A DNA stretch of 64,000 bases. Origin: Candidatus Multivoradales bacterium (GTDB lineage: Bacteria > Acidobacteriota > Thermoanaerobaculia > Multivoradales > JAHEKO01). The notes beneath the pieces are model-generated. The model saw only the letters and a program-made list of their open reading frames with translations, did no database searches and was not told the origin of the DNA. The stretch spans positions 864,001 to 928,000 of the forward strand of contig CBDCVR010000014.1 in NCBI GenBank assembly GCA_965223155.1, written 5' to 3'. Both the position numbers and the translations under genes were made by a program. Positions 41,222 through 51,237 of the stretch are shown piece after piece (the stretch's first letter is position 1; every line of letters starts with the position of its first letter).

Positions 41222-41227
41222 ATTGTA
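41222..41227 (-). promoter_or_regulatory. -10 box of selC
   Basis: TACAAT 7 nt upstream of the mature 5' end. Confidence 0.65.
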
Positions 41228-41338
41228 CGGCAGGAGGCGCCGGGCCGACTGGCGGCTCGTCGCACCGGTTTCTTGGCTGGAACGAGCGGCGGTCTGTGTC
41301 GCGGCCACCGCTGGCACCCCTCGACGGCTAGTGCTTCG

Positions 41339-42742
41339 CTACTCGCCGCCGAGACCCGGAGTCTCGGCTTCGGCCGGAGCGTCGGCATCGGCCGCCGCGG
41401 TCAGGTCGGGCCGCTGCTTGGGCACGTTGACCTTGAGCCAGGCGATGAGGTCGCGCCAGATGCGAAGCTGCTCGGCCTCGCTCACCATGATGCCCGCGCT
41501 GGGCAGCTCGATAGTGACCACGGGCAGGCCCAGATGGACGCCGGCGTAGCGGCCGAGCGAGCCCGGATAGGTGCCCATCTGTTTCAGGTAGAGGGAGCCG
41601 AGTTTTTCTGGGGGCTCCGGCGGGCCGTCGTAGTCAACGACCTTGCTCGGAGCATGGACGGAGACGATCGCCGACGGGCGGAAGGTCTGGATCTGATCGA
41701 AAAGCCACTGAGACTCGGGCTCGCTCAAGGGGTCGGTACCGGGATACCGGCGCGGATTCCGTGACGTACGCCGGATCCAGTAGTCCGACGCCTCGACGTG
41801 CCAGTTGGGGCTCGGAAAGTTGCGGTTGAGATCGACGCCATGCTCGTTCATGCGCTGCGCCTTGGAGCGCAGCAGGCCGTCGGGATTCAAGAGCGGCACC
41901 ACCCGCCAGTGAAACATCCCCGAGTGGTTGCGCTGGAGGATCGACAGCCATTTGAAGACGATGGAAACCGAGGAGTACTCGTCTCCGTGAATGCCCCCGA
42001 AAAGCAGCACCCGGCCGAGCGACTCGCGAGCGGCAAGGGGCGGGAACTCGGCCATCAGAATGGGGGCGCCGTTGACCGAACGGGCGCCCGTCGTGGCAAG
42101 CCGGCTGTCGACGCAATCACTCCGATCAACGCTCCCCAGCTTGCGACCGATCCGTCCGCACAGGTCGAGACGTGCGGTGTTGACGGCGTCTGGACTCTGA
42201 GCCGATGGATCGACATCCTCGAGAGCCGAGTGGGCACTCTCGGTATCGCCGACGACCGTGTCGGCAGCAGCCGGCGTCTGCAGCGCGGAGTGCGAGGCCA
42301 TCCCGGCCTCAGCCGCCGGTGTAGACGAAACGGCCGGACTCCCGGCGAGATCCTCGCCGGGCGGGCGATCCGAGTCGTGGGCTGGGTCTCCGGACGCGTC
42401 GGATCGAACGATCTGTTGGCTCTCGACGGCTTCGGACTCCGGACCCGGAGGCTCCGGATCTCCCGCCGCAGCAACCGAGGCTTCCTTGCCGCCGGCGCCT
42501 CGGACGTCTGTAGGTGCCAGGTGCCGCGCCAGGTAGGTGACCCCCAAGACCAGCGCGCCGAGGATCAGAAGGGTCGTCAGCGCGCCCCAGGGCGAGTCGT
42601 CTTCGGCCTCCAGCTCGGCCAACTCGATCGATTCGGTCGAATCGGCCTCGGGCGAAGCGGGCGAACCAACCAGATCGGACGCCTGGGGCGACTCCGGAAG
42701 CTCGGCCTCGATCGGCTCCGGGTCTCGTTCGTCGTCGGTCAT
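41339..42742 (-). CDS. mpaA: M14 murein peptide amidase A-like zinc carboxypeptidase with N-terminal TM and acidic linker
   Basis: GGIHGDE, NPDG, GVDLNRNF, SEPE, SVH, PGSLG, TIEL motifs. Confidence 0.85.
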   Translation of the reverse strand: MTDDERDPEPIEAELPESPQASDLVGSPASPEADSTESIELAELEAEDDSPWGALTTLLILGALVLGVTYLARHLAPTDVRGAGGKEASVAAAGDPEPPGPESEAVESQQIVRSDASGDPAHDSDRPPGEDLAGSPAVSSTPAAEAGMASHSALQTPAAADTVVGDTESAHSALEDVDPSAQSPDAVNTARLDLCGRIGRKLGSVDRSDCVDSRLATTGARSVNGAPILMAEFPPLAARESLGRVLLFGGIHGDEYSSVSIVFKWLSILQRNHSGMFHWRVVPLLNPDGLLRSKAQRMNEHGVDLNRNFPSPNWHVEASDYWIRRTSRNPRRYPGTDPLSEPESQWLFDQIQTFRPSAIVSVHAPSKVVDYDGPPEPPEKLGSLYLKQMGTYPGSLGRYAGVHLGLPVVTIELPSAGIMVSEAEQLRIWRDLIAWLKVNVPKQRPDLTAAADADAPAEAETPGLGGE

Positions 42743-42886
42743 GGTTCTTCGCGCTAGCCGTCGCGGCTCGCTGGAGCCGATCGGGTCATCCTGGCTCAGA
42801 CACTCGGCTCTGGCTGTGGAACGTGTTACGGCCCCGGCCGGAAGTGTATCGCTATACTGCCGGCGCTCACCGGTCGGACGAACCGC

Positions 42887-43804
42887 ATGGCGCTATTCAA
42901 CCGAAGATCGTTCCTCAAGGCCTTGCCCGTGGCGGGCTGCGCTTGCGCGCTCGAGGGAACTCGCCGGGTGCGCGTCATCCCGCCGTCCGACCGACCGGCG
43001 CCCGACCGACCGGCGCCCGACCCCGGCCTGGCCGATTCCGGCATCGCTCACATCGATCCTCCCTCGGATGAGGGCTCCGGACACCGAAGCGGCGGCCATC
43101 TGCACAAGATCCAGGATTTCGACCGCACCTACGACGACGACTACCTACTGGCGGCAAGCCGGGTCGAGCTCTTGGAAGCCAGCGCAGCCCGGGTCGAGCG
43201 CGCCCTCCGCTACATCGGGCACGGGCACTTCAATCTCGTTTCCTTCGATGAGCTCCTCAAGTACGCGGCACGCTACAGCGCCATCGGAGCCTTCCCGCGC
43301 CAAGAGATCGAGTTTCTGGATGAGATCTTCCATACCGATGCCGCGAACTACGGTTTCTTTGGGGACAAGGTACTCACCCGCCAAACGGCAGTCATCGCCG
43401 AACGGGACGTCAAGAAGATCGCAGGATCGGGCCACTATTTGCTCCGTGGCGAGCCGCTGGCAAGGTTCGACCAGATCCGGCGCGACCTGGGTGAGCGGGT
43501 CGTCTTGACCTCGGGCGTCCGAGGCATCGCCAAGCAGTACCAGCTCTTCCTTTCGAAGGCGGTCGAGACCGGCGGTAACTTGTCCCAGGCTTCGCGTTCG
43601 CTGGCGCCTCCAGGCTACTCGTACCACGCGATCGGAGACTTCGACATCGGCCGCGTGGACTACGGGCTCAAGAACTTCTCGGCCGAGTTCGCCCTGACGC
43701 CCGAGTACCGCCAGTTGATTCGCCTCGGCTACGTTGAGATCCGCTACACCGAGACCAATCCGTTCGGTGTCCGCCACGAGCCCTGGCACATCAAGATCGC
43801 CTAG
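42887..43804 (+). CDS. Tat-exported M15B D,D-carboxypeptidase (VanY-like)
   Basis: NRRSFLK Tat motif; SGVR..Q, APPGYSYH..GDFD, EPWH. Confidence 0.85.
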   Translation: MALFNRRSFLKALPVAGCACALEGTRRVRVIPPSDRPAPDRPAPDPGLADSGIAHIDPPSDEGSGHRSGGHLHKIQDFDRTYDDDYLLAASRVELLEASAARVERALRYIGHGHFNLVSFDELLKYAARYSAIGAFPRQEIEFLDEIFHTDAANYGFFGDKVLTRQTAVIAERDVKKIAGSGHYLLRGEPLARFDQIRRDLGERVVLTSGVRGIAKQYQLFLSKAVETGGNLSQASRSLAPPGYSYHAIGDFDIGRVDYGLKNFSAEFALTPEYRQLIRLGYVEIRYTETNPFGVRHEPWHIKIA

Positions 43805-43893
43805 GCCCGTTTCCACAACCGGCGCGGCAGCCGCCCGCGCCGGACCCCCGGCGATCGGAGGCGGATCGAAGCCGGCTCCGGTACCATGCGCCG

Positions 43894-44643
43894 ATGAACG
43901 GCCGCTTCTTTCGAGCCCGCGTCACGGTCCTTCTTCTGACTCCGGTCCTGCTGGCAAGCGGCTGCTCGAGCACGGCTCTGGACGAGATCCTTGCGGGCGC
44001 CCTAGAGCCCTCGCAGGCTCTCGACCGAGAGACCGTGATCGCCGGACTGCGCGAAGCCCTCGAGGTCAGCGCCGAGCGAACCGTCGAGCGGACCGCCCGT
44101 ATTGACGGCTTCCTGGCCAATGAGCTCATCCGGATCGCGATTCCGGACGAGCTCGACAAGCTGGCTTCGGCACTTCGTCGGCTGGGGCTCGGAGGCAAAG
44201 TGGATGAGCTCGAGATCCAGATGAACCGCGCCGCCGAGGAAGCGGCCGGCGAGGCCCGCGAGATTTTCTGGGACGAGATTCGCAGCCTGACCTTCCCCGA
44301 TGCCGTGGCAATCCTCGAGGGCGGCGGCACCGCCGCCACCGACTTTCTCGAAGAGCGCACCGGCGGCGAGATCCGTAGCCGGTTCGAACCGGTCGTCGTC
44401 GAGACTATGAATGAAGTTGGCCTGGCGCGCCTCTACGCCGATCTGGCCGAGACCTACAACCGGCTGCCGCTAGTGACCACGCCGGCGATCAATCTCGAGG
44501 ACTACGTGACCGAGGAAGCGCTCGAGGGTCTGTTTACGGTCCTCCGAGAGGAAGAGGCACGCATCCGGGAGGATCCCCTGGCGCGGACGACCGATCTGCT
44601 GCGGCGGGTGTTCGGGCGCGAACGCGCCACGCAATCGCGCTAG
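43894..44643 (+). CDS. DUF4197 family lipoprotein
   Basis: LASGC lipobox; GLREAL, MNRAAEEA, IREDPLARTTDLLRRVFG. Confidence 0.88.
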   Translation: MNGRFFRARVTVLLLTPVLLASGCSSTALDEILAGALEPSQALDRETVIAGLREALEVSAERTVERTARIDGFLANELIRIAIPDELDKLASALRRLGLGGKVDELEIQMNRAAEEAAGEAREIFWDEIRSLTFPDAVAILEGGGTAATDFLEERTGGEIRSRFEPVVVETMNEVGLARLYADLAETYNRLPLVTTPAINLEDYVTEEALEGLFTVLREEEARIREDPLARTTDLLRRVFGRERATQSR

Positions 44644-46100
44644 CTGAGGTCCGTCTCGCGGCCGAAGCCCGTTCCGATCGCGATCAGCACCATCACGAGG
44701 AGCGCCCAGGAGTGGGCGTTCGCCACCCCCACTTCGAAGGGCGACACGCGGGGCATGCCCTCGGCGCCGGCGCTCAAGCTCGACGCCAGCAAGGTCGGAA
44801 TGCAGTACGGCACCAGAAAGGGATACGTGCAGACTGTGACGTCCAGAAGGTTCGCGCGCCGGTTGGGCGAAAGACCGAAACGCTCCCCGGCGCGCCGGGC
44901 AAACGGACCGACCGCCAGGAGCGCCACGACCGAGTGTGTCGTCAGCAACACGGCAGCCGAAATGGTGGCGAAGGTCCAGAGCTCGGCTCCACGCGCCGTC
45001 CGCGTGCGGCGCTCGGCCCCTTCGATCAACCGGCTCAGGAGCCCCGAGGCCTCGAAGCCCGCGACCAGGGCCATGAGTAGAAGCGTGAAGACCGAGATAC
45101 CGACGCCGCGGCCGATACCCTCGATCACCAATCCCTTGGCCGAATAGGCCTCCCGATCGATCCAGAAGATCTGGCTGGGCTCGATCAGACCCAGGACCGG
45201 CGCCAGAACGGCAGCCGCCACGACGCCGGCAAAGAGCCCTTCGAGAAGGTGCCTGCGCGACAGCAACAAGGCCAGAATCAGTACCGGCGAAGCCAGCATC
45301 ACCAGCGCCACGGGCTCGAACGCCGGTCCGGCAGCCGATCCCGCCGCCGCCTGCCCAACCGGACCACCGCCGGTCCCCCCCAAGAGTCCGTACCCGAGGA
45401 TCGCCACCGCCGCCGCCGGCAGCGCGTACTTCAAACGGCTCCGCACCACCGAACCGATCTCGGCTCCCTGGGTCGATGCCGAGGCGATCGTGGTGTCCGA
45501 GACCGGGGAGATGTTGTCGCCGAAGGTCGCTCCGCCCAGGATCGCGCCCATGAGAACCGCCGGAACGGCGCCCAGCTCCGCTCCCGGCGGATAGAGAAGC
45601 GGCGCGCACAGAATCAGGGTCCCGAGGCTTGTGCCGGTGGCCGTCGAGACCAGGCAGCAAACGAAGAAAGCCGCTACCGCATAGGCGCCACCGGTCAAGC
45701 CGGCCGCGCCGGCAAGACCCGCGAGGGCCTCGACCAAGCCGCTCGCGCGCAGCAGTGTCGCCAGCACCCCGGCCAGGAACCAGGCCAGGAGCATGAGCGC
45801 GACGATCGGCCGGCTCATGCCGGCAAGTACCGTTTCCGAATAAGCGGTCCGGTCCCGAGCCAGAAACAGCCCTAGCGCCAGGGCGGCCAGAAGGATCGGC
45901 CAGAAGCCGCGCTCGTCGGGGGCGCCCGAGAGCCCCAGCCACACGACGCCGGCCAGAAACAGGGCAATCGGCGCTACGGCACCGGTGACGCCTCCGAAAA
46001 ACGTCAGGCGCTTCTGGCCGCCATCGTTGGTCCTGCGATCCTTCACGACTCGAAAATGGAGGGTACCAGCCGCGCATGCTCGTCCACTGCCCGGCCTCAA
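44640..46100 (-). CDS. NhaC family Na+/H+ antiporter-like transporter; start uncertain (perhaps GTG 46046)
   Basis: ATGTSLGT and GATFGDNISPVSDTTIAS motifs. Confidence 0.88.
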   Translation of the reverse strand: MRPGSGRACAAGTLHFRVVKDRRTNDGGQKRLTFFGGVTGAVAPIALFLAGVVWLGLSGAPDERGFWPILLAALALGLFLARDRTAYSETVLAGMSRPIVALMLLAWFLAGVLATLLRASGLVEALAGLAGAAGLTGGAYAVAAFFVCCLVSTATGTSLGTLILCAPLLYPPGAELGAVPAVLMGAILGGATFGDNISPVSDTTIASASTQGAEIGSVVRSRLKYALPAAAVAILGYGLLGGTGGGPVGQAAAGSAAGPAFEPVALVMLASPVLILALLLSRRHLLEGLFAGVVAAAVLAPVLGLIEPSQIFWIDREAYSAKGLVIEGIGRGVGISVFTLLLMALVAGFEASGLLSRLIEGAERRTRTARGAELWTFATISAAVLLTTHSVVALLAVGPFARRAGERFGLSPNRRANLLDVTVCTYPFLVPYCIPTLLASSLSAGAEGMPRVSPFEVGVANAHSWALLVMVLIAIGTGFGRETDLS

Positions 46101-46245
46101 GGCCCCTTGCCCGACGCTCGGAACGAATACACGGGTGACGATCCTGGCACGCCGTTTTCGGCTTGGGAGGGCGTGTTATGCTGTTTGAAACACATCAGAT
46201 GTCGGGTACGGACGCGCGGCGGCGCTGTCCGAACACGGAGGGGCC

Positions 46246-46575
46246 ATGAAACGAATTCTCGGTTTGATTGCGGTTGCGATGTTCCTCGGCGCCTGCTGTC
46301 CCAACGGCTTCAGCAACACGGTCACCAGCGAAGCGGTCTACTACCCGGACGCCGACGCTTGTGAGCAGGCGGTCCGGGACGGCCGTGAGGGCCTCATCCA
46401 GACCGCCGAGAACGGCTGCGAGAACTCCTGCAAGCCTTGCGACGGTACCGTCCAGGATGTCGGCGGCGAGCCCGATTTTTCCGTCCTCTGCGAAGAGGTG
46501 CCGGACTCGCCACAAGGACCCGAGCTGTCCTGGCGAGGCGTGGGCAGCTACACCTACGGCTGCGACTGTGCCTAG
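46246..46575 (+). CDS. Small Cys-rich lipoprotein
   Basis: GGAGG RBS; MKR..FLGA-C lipobox; ends YGCDCA. Confidence 0.78.
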   Translation: MKRILGLIAVAMFLGACCPNGFSNTVTSEAVYYPDADACEQAVRDGREGLIQTAENGCENSCKPCDGTVQDVGGEPDFSVLCEEVPDSPQGPELSWRGVGSYTYGCDCA

Positions 46576-46585
46576 GAGGGACCCG

Positions 46586-47875
46586 ATGCAGGCACTCAAA
46601 GGACCCGACGTGAAATGGCTCCGGATCCTGACGCGCCTTGCCGCGCTGGGGATCGTCGTCTACATCGGCTCGGTTGGCTGTTCGTTGTTCGTCGTGGCCT
46701 CGGGAGGCGATTCAGACTCCACACCGGCTCCGGCACAAGATGAATACGGCTGCGACTGCCTGTGCCAGGTCTGCGAGGGAACCTGGATCGGCGAGGCCTG
46801 TGTCGACGAGAACGACAGCCCGACCGAGATCGGGACGCGTACGGACACCCTTCGCTTTTGCGCGCCGCCAGACACACCCCAGACCGAGCTCATCACCGAG
46901 TGTGACGCCCTGTGCGTGTCCACGCCCGAGCAACCCGGACACGAGTTCGAGATCTGCGAGCGGGCCAGCGCAGTGACCCAGTTCGACACCGCGACCTGTC
47001 CGCCCGAGACCGAGACCGTGTATTCGGACGGCAGAACCAACGTCGGCGATGCCCTCACCATCACTCTCGACGAGGCCTCGCACGCCAACGTGACCCTCTC
47101 CGGACCGCTGGCCAATTTCGCGACCCCGAACATTCCGATCTCGGGCTCGTTCCGGCTGTTCATCGACGGTTGCGAGGAGCAGGAGGGAGCCTGCTCGGTG
47201 TCGGTGGCCGACGCCGATGTCTCCGCCGGAGACGCCGCTATCGGACCGTTCCAATTGAGCGGTTTGACGCTCATCCTGGCCGATCCCGCGCCGGGCACGA
47301 TGGACGAAGACGGCAACCTGAGCTTCCCGTCGGTGCGCTTGCACGGCGGCGTCGACTATCTCGGCCTGCGCTCGGTCGGCAACCTGGAGATCCTGCCAGA
47401 GCACGTCGTAAGCGCGCGCCTGGATCGGGAGGACCGGGAGTTCCGGGCCGATGGGCAGATGACGGGCAGCTTCAGCGTGCCGCCATTCGGCCAACTCACC
47501 GAGACCGTGCTGGTCAGCCTCAGAGGCTCGGTCGCAAACTTCCCGCCGGTGGCCAGAATCAGTCAGACGGACACTGCGGTGCTGTCGTCGGCCGAGAGCT
47601 CGGACCGGGACGGACTGGGCACGATCGCTCATCGTCGCTGGTTCGATTCGGCCGACGGCGCCTTCCTCGGATCGGGCATGGAGCTCGAGCTCGAGCCGGG
47701 GGAGCACGCGGTCAGCCTGATCGTGACCGACGCCAGCGGCGCCCAGGATCGAGCCGACTTCACGCTCGTGGTGCCTCAGGCCCTGCCCTGGCTGCCGCTT
47801 GTCGTGACCGCTCTGGTTCTACTGCTTCTGGTGTGGTGGCTGCGCCGGCCCAAGACCAAGGCCGCTCCCGCCTAG
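46586..47875 (+). CDS. Cys-rich membrane-anchored protein with PKD-like domain and C-terminal TM/basic tail
   Basis: AGGAGG RBS; YGCDCLCQVC; NFPPVA..SSDRDG..GEHAVSLIVTDASG; TM then RRPK. Confidence 0.78.
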   Translation: MQALKGPDVKWLRILTRLAALGIVVYIGSVGCSLFVVASGGDSDSTPAPAQDEYGCDCLCQVCEGTWIGEACVDENDSPTEIGTRTDTLRFCAPPDTPQTELITECDALCVSTPEQPGHEFEICERASAVTQFDTATCPPETETVYSDGRTNVGDALTITLDEASHANVTLSGPLANFATPNIPISGSFRLFIDGCEEQEGACSVSVADADVSAGDAAIGPFQLSGLTLILADPAPGTMDEDGNLSFPSVRLHGGVDYLGLRSVGNLEILPEHVVSARLDREDREFRADGQMTGSFSVPPFGQLTETVLVSLRGSVANFPPVARISQTDTAVLSSAESSDRDGLGTIAHRRWFDSADGAFLGSGMELELEPGEHAVSLIVTDASGAQDRADFTLVVPQALPWLPLVVTALVLLLLVWWLRRPKTKAAPA

Positions 47876-47958
47876 GGCTGTTTCAGGGTAGGCCGCTGCC
47901 GGGGGCCCTTGGTGCCCTCGGCTGGAACCATGCCCACCACTGGCCGCGGCAACGGGCT

Positions 47959-49500
47959 CTAGAGGATCCGCCGGCGGGCTGAACCCAGCCAACCCGAACC
48001 GAGGCCGGCAAGGACCGCGAGAAGGCTCATCCAGGCGAGCCAGTCGCCGAGGCGCGCGTACACCGTGCGACCGTCGAGAAGCGGCAGGTTGCCCGCCAGG
48101 GTGGCTTCGGCGTCCAGCCGAGTCCGGGCCAGGATTCTCCCTGTAGGCCCGACGAAGCCGCTGATCCCGGTATTGGTTGCCCGAGCCATCGCGCGCCGGA
48201 ACTCGATCGTGCGGAGCGAGGCGAGGACGAGATGTTGCTTGGGCTCATGGCCGTTGCCGTACCAGGAGTCGTTGGTCAAGTTGACCAGAAGCTCCGGAAC
48301 CGGTTCGTGTCCGAACGTGCGCCGGGTCACTCCCGGAAAGAGGCTTTCATAACAGATTGTCACCGCCAGCCCGCGTCCATCGAAAACGATCGGGTCGTCC
48401 TCAGCGCCGGCCACCAGCCGGCGGTTGCCGACTTCGCGAGCCAGAGACGGCGCTCGGTCCAGAACCGAGTCCACCACCGGCAGATACTCGCCGAAGGGCA
48501 CTCGCTTTCTCTTGTCGTAGCGCGCCAGCGCAACGCCGTCCGGTCCAGCCAGAATCGCCGAGCCGAAGAGCCGGTTGCCTTCGGGAGCGGCCTCGTCCAC
48601 GAGGGCGCCAAACAGCGTGGGCAAACCCGTGGGGGCGAGGACCCGGCGGCCGGCGGCCGTCTCTCCGGCCGCAAGGGACATGCGAACGACCGTTTCCGGC
48701 CACACCACGAGATCGAGATCCGCGGCCCCAGCCAGCTCGTGAGTCAGCCGGTGATGTCGGCGGGCATAGGCGGCGGGATCCCGGTGGGCCTCCCGGGCCC
48801 CGATACCCGCTTGAACGAGGCCCACCTCGAGTCTCGGAGCCACGGCCGCGCGCCCTTCCATCTGCTGAATGCGCACGAAGCCGTACAGAATCGTCACGGC
48901 CAGAAGCGCGAGCATGCCGGCCACGGGAGCGAGCCTACGAGTCCTAAGGGTCTCGTAGAGAGCCCCGTTTGCCAGAACCACCAAGAAGGAAAGTCCCGCC
49001 TGTCCCGTGACGTCCGCGACCTGGATCAAGGTGCTGAGCCGGTACTGAGCGGCGCCAAGCTGGAAGGGAAAAAGGAACGGAAACACGAACTCGACCGCGA
49101 CCCAGGCGAACGGCAACGACCAAGCCATGGGCAGGTCGGTCCGGATGGCCAGCCGGCGCACGGCCCAGGCAATGGCCCCGCCAAAGAGCCCATGGAAGGC
49201 GGTGATCCCAACGAGAGCGGCCAGGGCCACGGGCCGGGAGGCGCCGCTGAACTGATGGACGGCGTAAGCGATCCAGGGCATCGCCCCGAGCATCGATACC
49301 GAGGCCGCCACCCATCCCAGGGCGAAGGCGCGGCCGGGAGACGCGTCCCGGACCATCCAGAGAAACGGCACCAGGAAGAACCAATGCAGGTACCCCTGAT
49401 CGAAGCCGACGTAGCCGAGAAAAGCCAGGACGCCGACCGCCACGGCGATCGGCCAGTGCCACTTGGCGGGTGGAGGCTCCGGGAAAGGACGGTGCGACAT
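47959..49500 (-). CDS. lnt: Apolipoprotein N-acyltransferase
   Basis: VVWPET, YDKR..VPFGEY, ICYES, TNDSWY, RATNTGISG. Confidence 0.92.
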   Translation of the reverse strand: MSHRPFPEPPPAKWHWPIAVAVGVLAFLGYVGFDQGYLHWFFLVPFLWMVRDASPGRAFALGWVAASVSMLGAMPWIAYAVHQFSGASRPVALAALVGITAFHGLFGGAIAWAVRRLAIRTDLPMAWSLPFAWVAVEFVFPFLFPFQLGAAQYRLSTLIQVADVTGQAGLSFLVVLANGALYETLRTRRLAPVAGMLALLAVTILYGFVRIQQMEGRAAVAPRLEVGLVQAGIGAREAHRDPAAYARRHHRLTHELAGAADLDLVVWPETVVRMSLAAGETAAGRRVLAPTGLPTLFGALVDEAAPEGNRLFGSAILAGPDGVALARYDKRKRVPFGEYLPVVDSVLDRAPSLAREVGNRRLVAGAEDDPIVFDGRGLAVTICYESLFPGVTRRTFGHEPVPELLVNLTNDSWYGNGHEPKQHLVLASLRTIEFRRAMARATNTGISGFVGPTGRILARTRLDAEATLAGNLPLLDGRTVYARLGDWLAWMSLLAVLAGLGSGWLGSARRRIL

Positions 49501-49750
49501 GACGGATTCGAGTTGTGACGGCGAAGCCTATCGCGCGCTCGGCGGCCGGCGCGGCGCGCGAGCGGGCATCGCGCCGGGCCAAACTACCCGGACGTTCTGG
49601 GCTTGAGGGTCAGATCGACTCCAAGCTGAGGTGCCCAGTGCTTGAGAGATCGACGAGTGCAAAGCACGGTGGACTCGGCCGTTTCGGGCCTCACGATCGA
49701 AGTCCGGAGAGGCGGGCAGGCTAGACTCGCGATTCCGAAGGAGACCGACT

Positions 49751-50098
49751 ATGAGCCACGACGACGCGTTCACCCTCTACGACCTTCGGATCGAGGTCGT
49801 CGCCTCGGACAAGCCGATGGTCTGCAATCACAAAGAGGGCGACTTCTTCGAGCTCTCCGGTGAGAACCTGTCGCTGCCGGCCGGCCAGACCTTCCCGATC
49901 TATCCGCTAGCGGCGCTCTTGCCGCTCCTGCCCGCCAAGCAGCGCGAGACCGCCGCCACCGATTGGATGACCACCGACACCGACATCGCCTGTCCCGATC
50001 CCAACTGCGGCGGCGTCTTTCGCATCACCCGCACCGGCCGGCGCACCTTCCGGCACGGCGAGGTGACCTTGACGCCCCTCAAGCCCGGCGCCGAGTGA
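49751..50098 (+). CDS. TIGR04076-like family protein
   Basis: C.HKEGDFF and IACPDPNCG..FRI motifs; AAGGAG RBS. Confidence 0.8.
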   Translation: MSHDDAFTLYDLRIEVVASDKPMVCNHKEGDFFELSGENLSLPAGQTFPIYPLAALLPLLPAKQRETAATDWMTTDTDIACPDPNCGGVFRITRTGRRTFRHGEVTLTPLKPGAE

Positions 50099-51192
50099 CT
50101 CCGGCCGCCGCCGGCCGGGTCGAACTCGCGCCCGGCTACCCCATCGCGCCGGTTCTGACCGGTTGCTGGCAGCTCGCCGCCGGCCACGGCGGTACCCGGC
50201 CGTCCGATTTCGGTGAGCTGGAGCGGCGCTTGGCCGAGCTGGTCGATGGCGGCTTGACCACCTTCGACTGCGCCGACATCTACACCGGCGTCGAGAACGC
50301 CCTCGGCCGCTTTCTGGCGCGATGCGCGCGGCGCGCGGAGGTTCAGATCCACACCAAGTACGTTCCCGACCTCGACGAGCTGCCGACCCTGACCCGGAAC
50401 TCGGTCGCCGGCGCCATCGAGTGCTCGCTCGGGCGTCTCGGGGTCGAGCGTCTGGACCTCGTCCAGTTCCACTGGTGGGACTACGAAGTACCGGGAGCGG
50501 TGGCGGTCGCGGGCTGGCTCGACGAGCTCCGGCTCGAAGGCAAGATCCGGCATCTGGGAGTCACCAACTTCGATGCCGAGCATCTCGAGCCCATCCTCGC
50601 GGCAGGCGTGCCGATCGTCAGCAATCAGGTTCAGTATTCGGTCGTGGACCGGCGTCCGGCGGGCGCGATGACCACGCTCGCCCGACGCTCCGGCTTCCGG
50701 CTCCTGACCTATGGCTCGCTGGCCGGAGGCTTCCTGACCGATCGCTACCGGGGCCGCGAGCGGCCCGACGGCGAGCTCGCCAACCGCTCGCTGGTGAAGT
50801 ACCGCGAGATTCTGGACGAGCTGGGCTGGGAGACCTTCCAGGAGCTTCTCGGCGCGGTCGCGACGGCCGCCGCCCGCCACGAGGTGCCGACCGCCCGACT
50901 CGCCGCCGGCTGGGTCCTGAGCCAGCCGGAGGTGGCTGGCATCATCCTGGGACTGGGCTCGCGGAACCGCCTCGAGGAGCGCTTGGCCCTCGCCCAGCGG
51001 GTCAGACAAGACCTAGGTACTAGCGAACGAGGTACCAGGCTCGAACAAGCCCTCGCCGAGCTCGACGACATCGTCGCCCGCTACCCCGGCATCGCCGGTC
51101 CCGTCTTCGGGCTAGAGCGCGAGCCGTATGGCCGCCACCTCAAGCTCCTCAAGCGGAACTTGCGGTCGGGCTCCCAAGGGCAGGTCAGCTAG
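50095..51192 (+). CDS. Aldo/keto reductase
   Basis: GCWQLAAGH, FDCADIY, HTK, LDLVQFHWW, GKIRHLGVTNF; GTGA overlap. Confidence 0.9.
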   Translation: MTPAAAGRVELAPGYPIAPVLTGCWQLAAGHGGTRPSDFGELERRLAELVDGGLTTFDCADIYTGVENALGRFLARCARRAEVQIHTKYVPDLDELPTLTRNSVAGAIECSLGRLGVERLDLVQFHWWDYEVPGAVAVAGWLDELRLEGKIRHLGVTNFDAEHLEPILAAGVPIVSNQVQYSVVDRRPAGAMTTLARRSGFRLLTYGSLAGGFLTDRYRGRERPDGELANRSLVKYREILDELGWETFQELLGAVATAAARHEVPTARLAAGWVLSQPEVAGIILGLGSRNRLEERLALAQRVRQDLGTSERGTRLEQALAELDDIVARYPGIAGPVFGLEREPYGRHLKLLKRNLRSGSQGQVS

Positions 51193-51237
51193 ACCGAATC
51201 AATTCGGTCAGAACCGCCCCTCCGCTAGACTGCCGGC

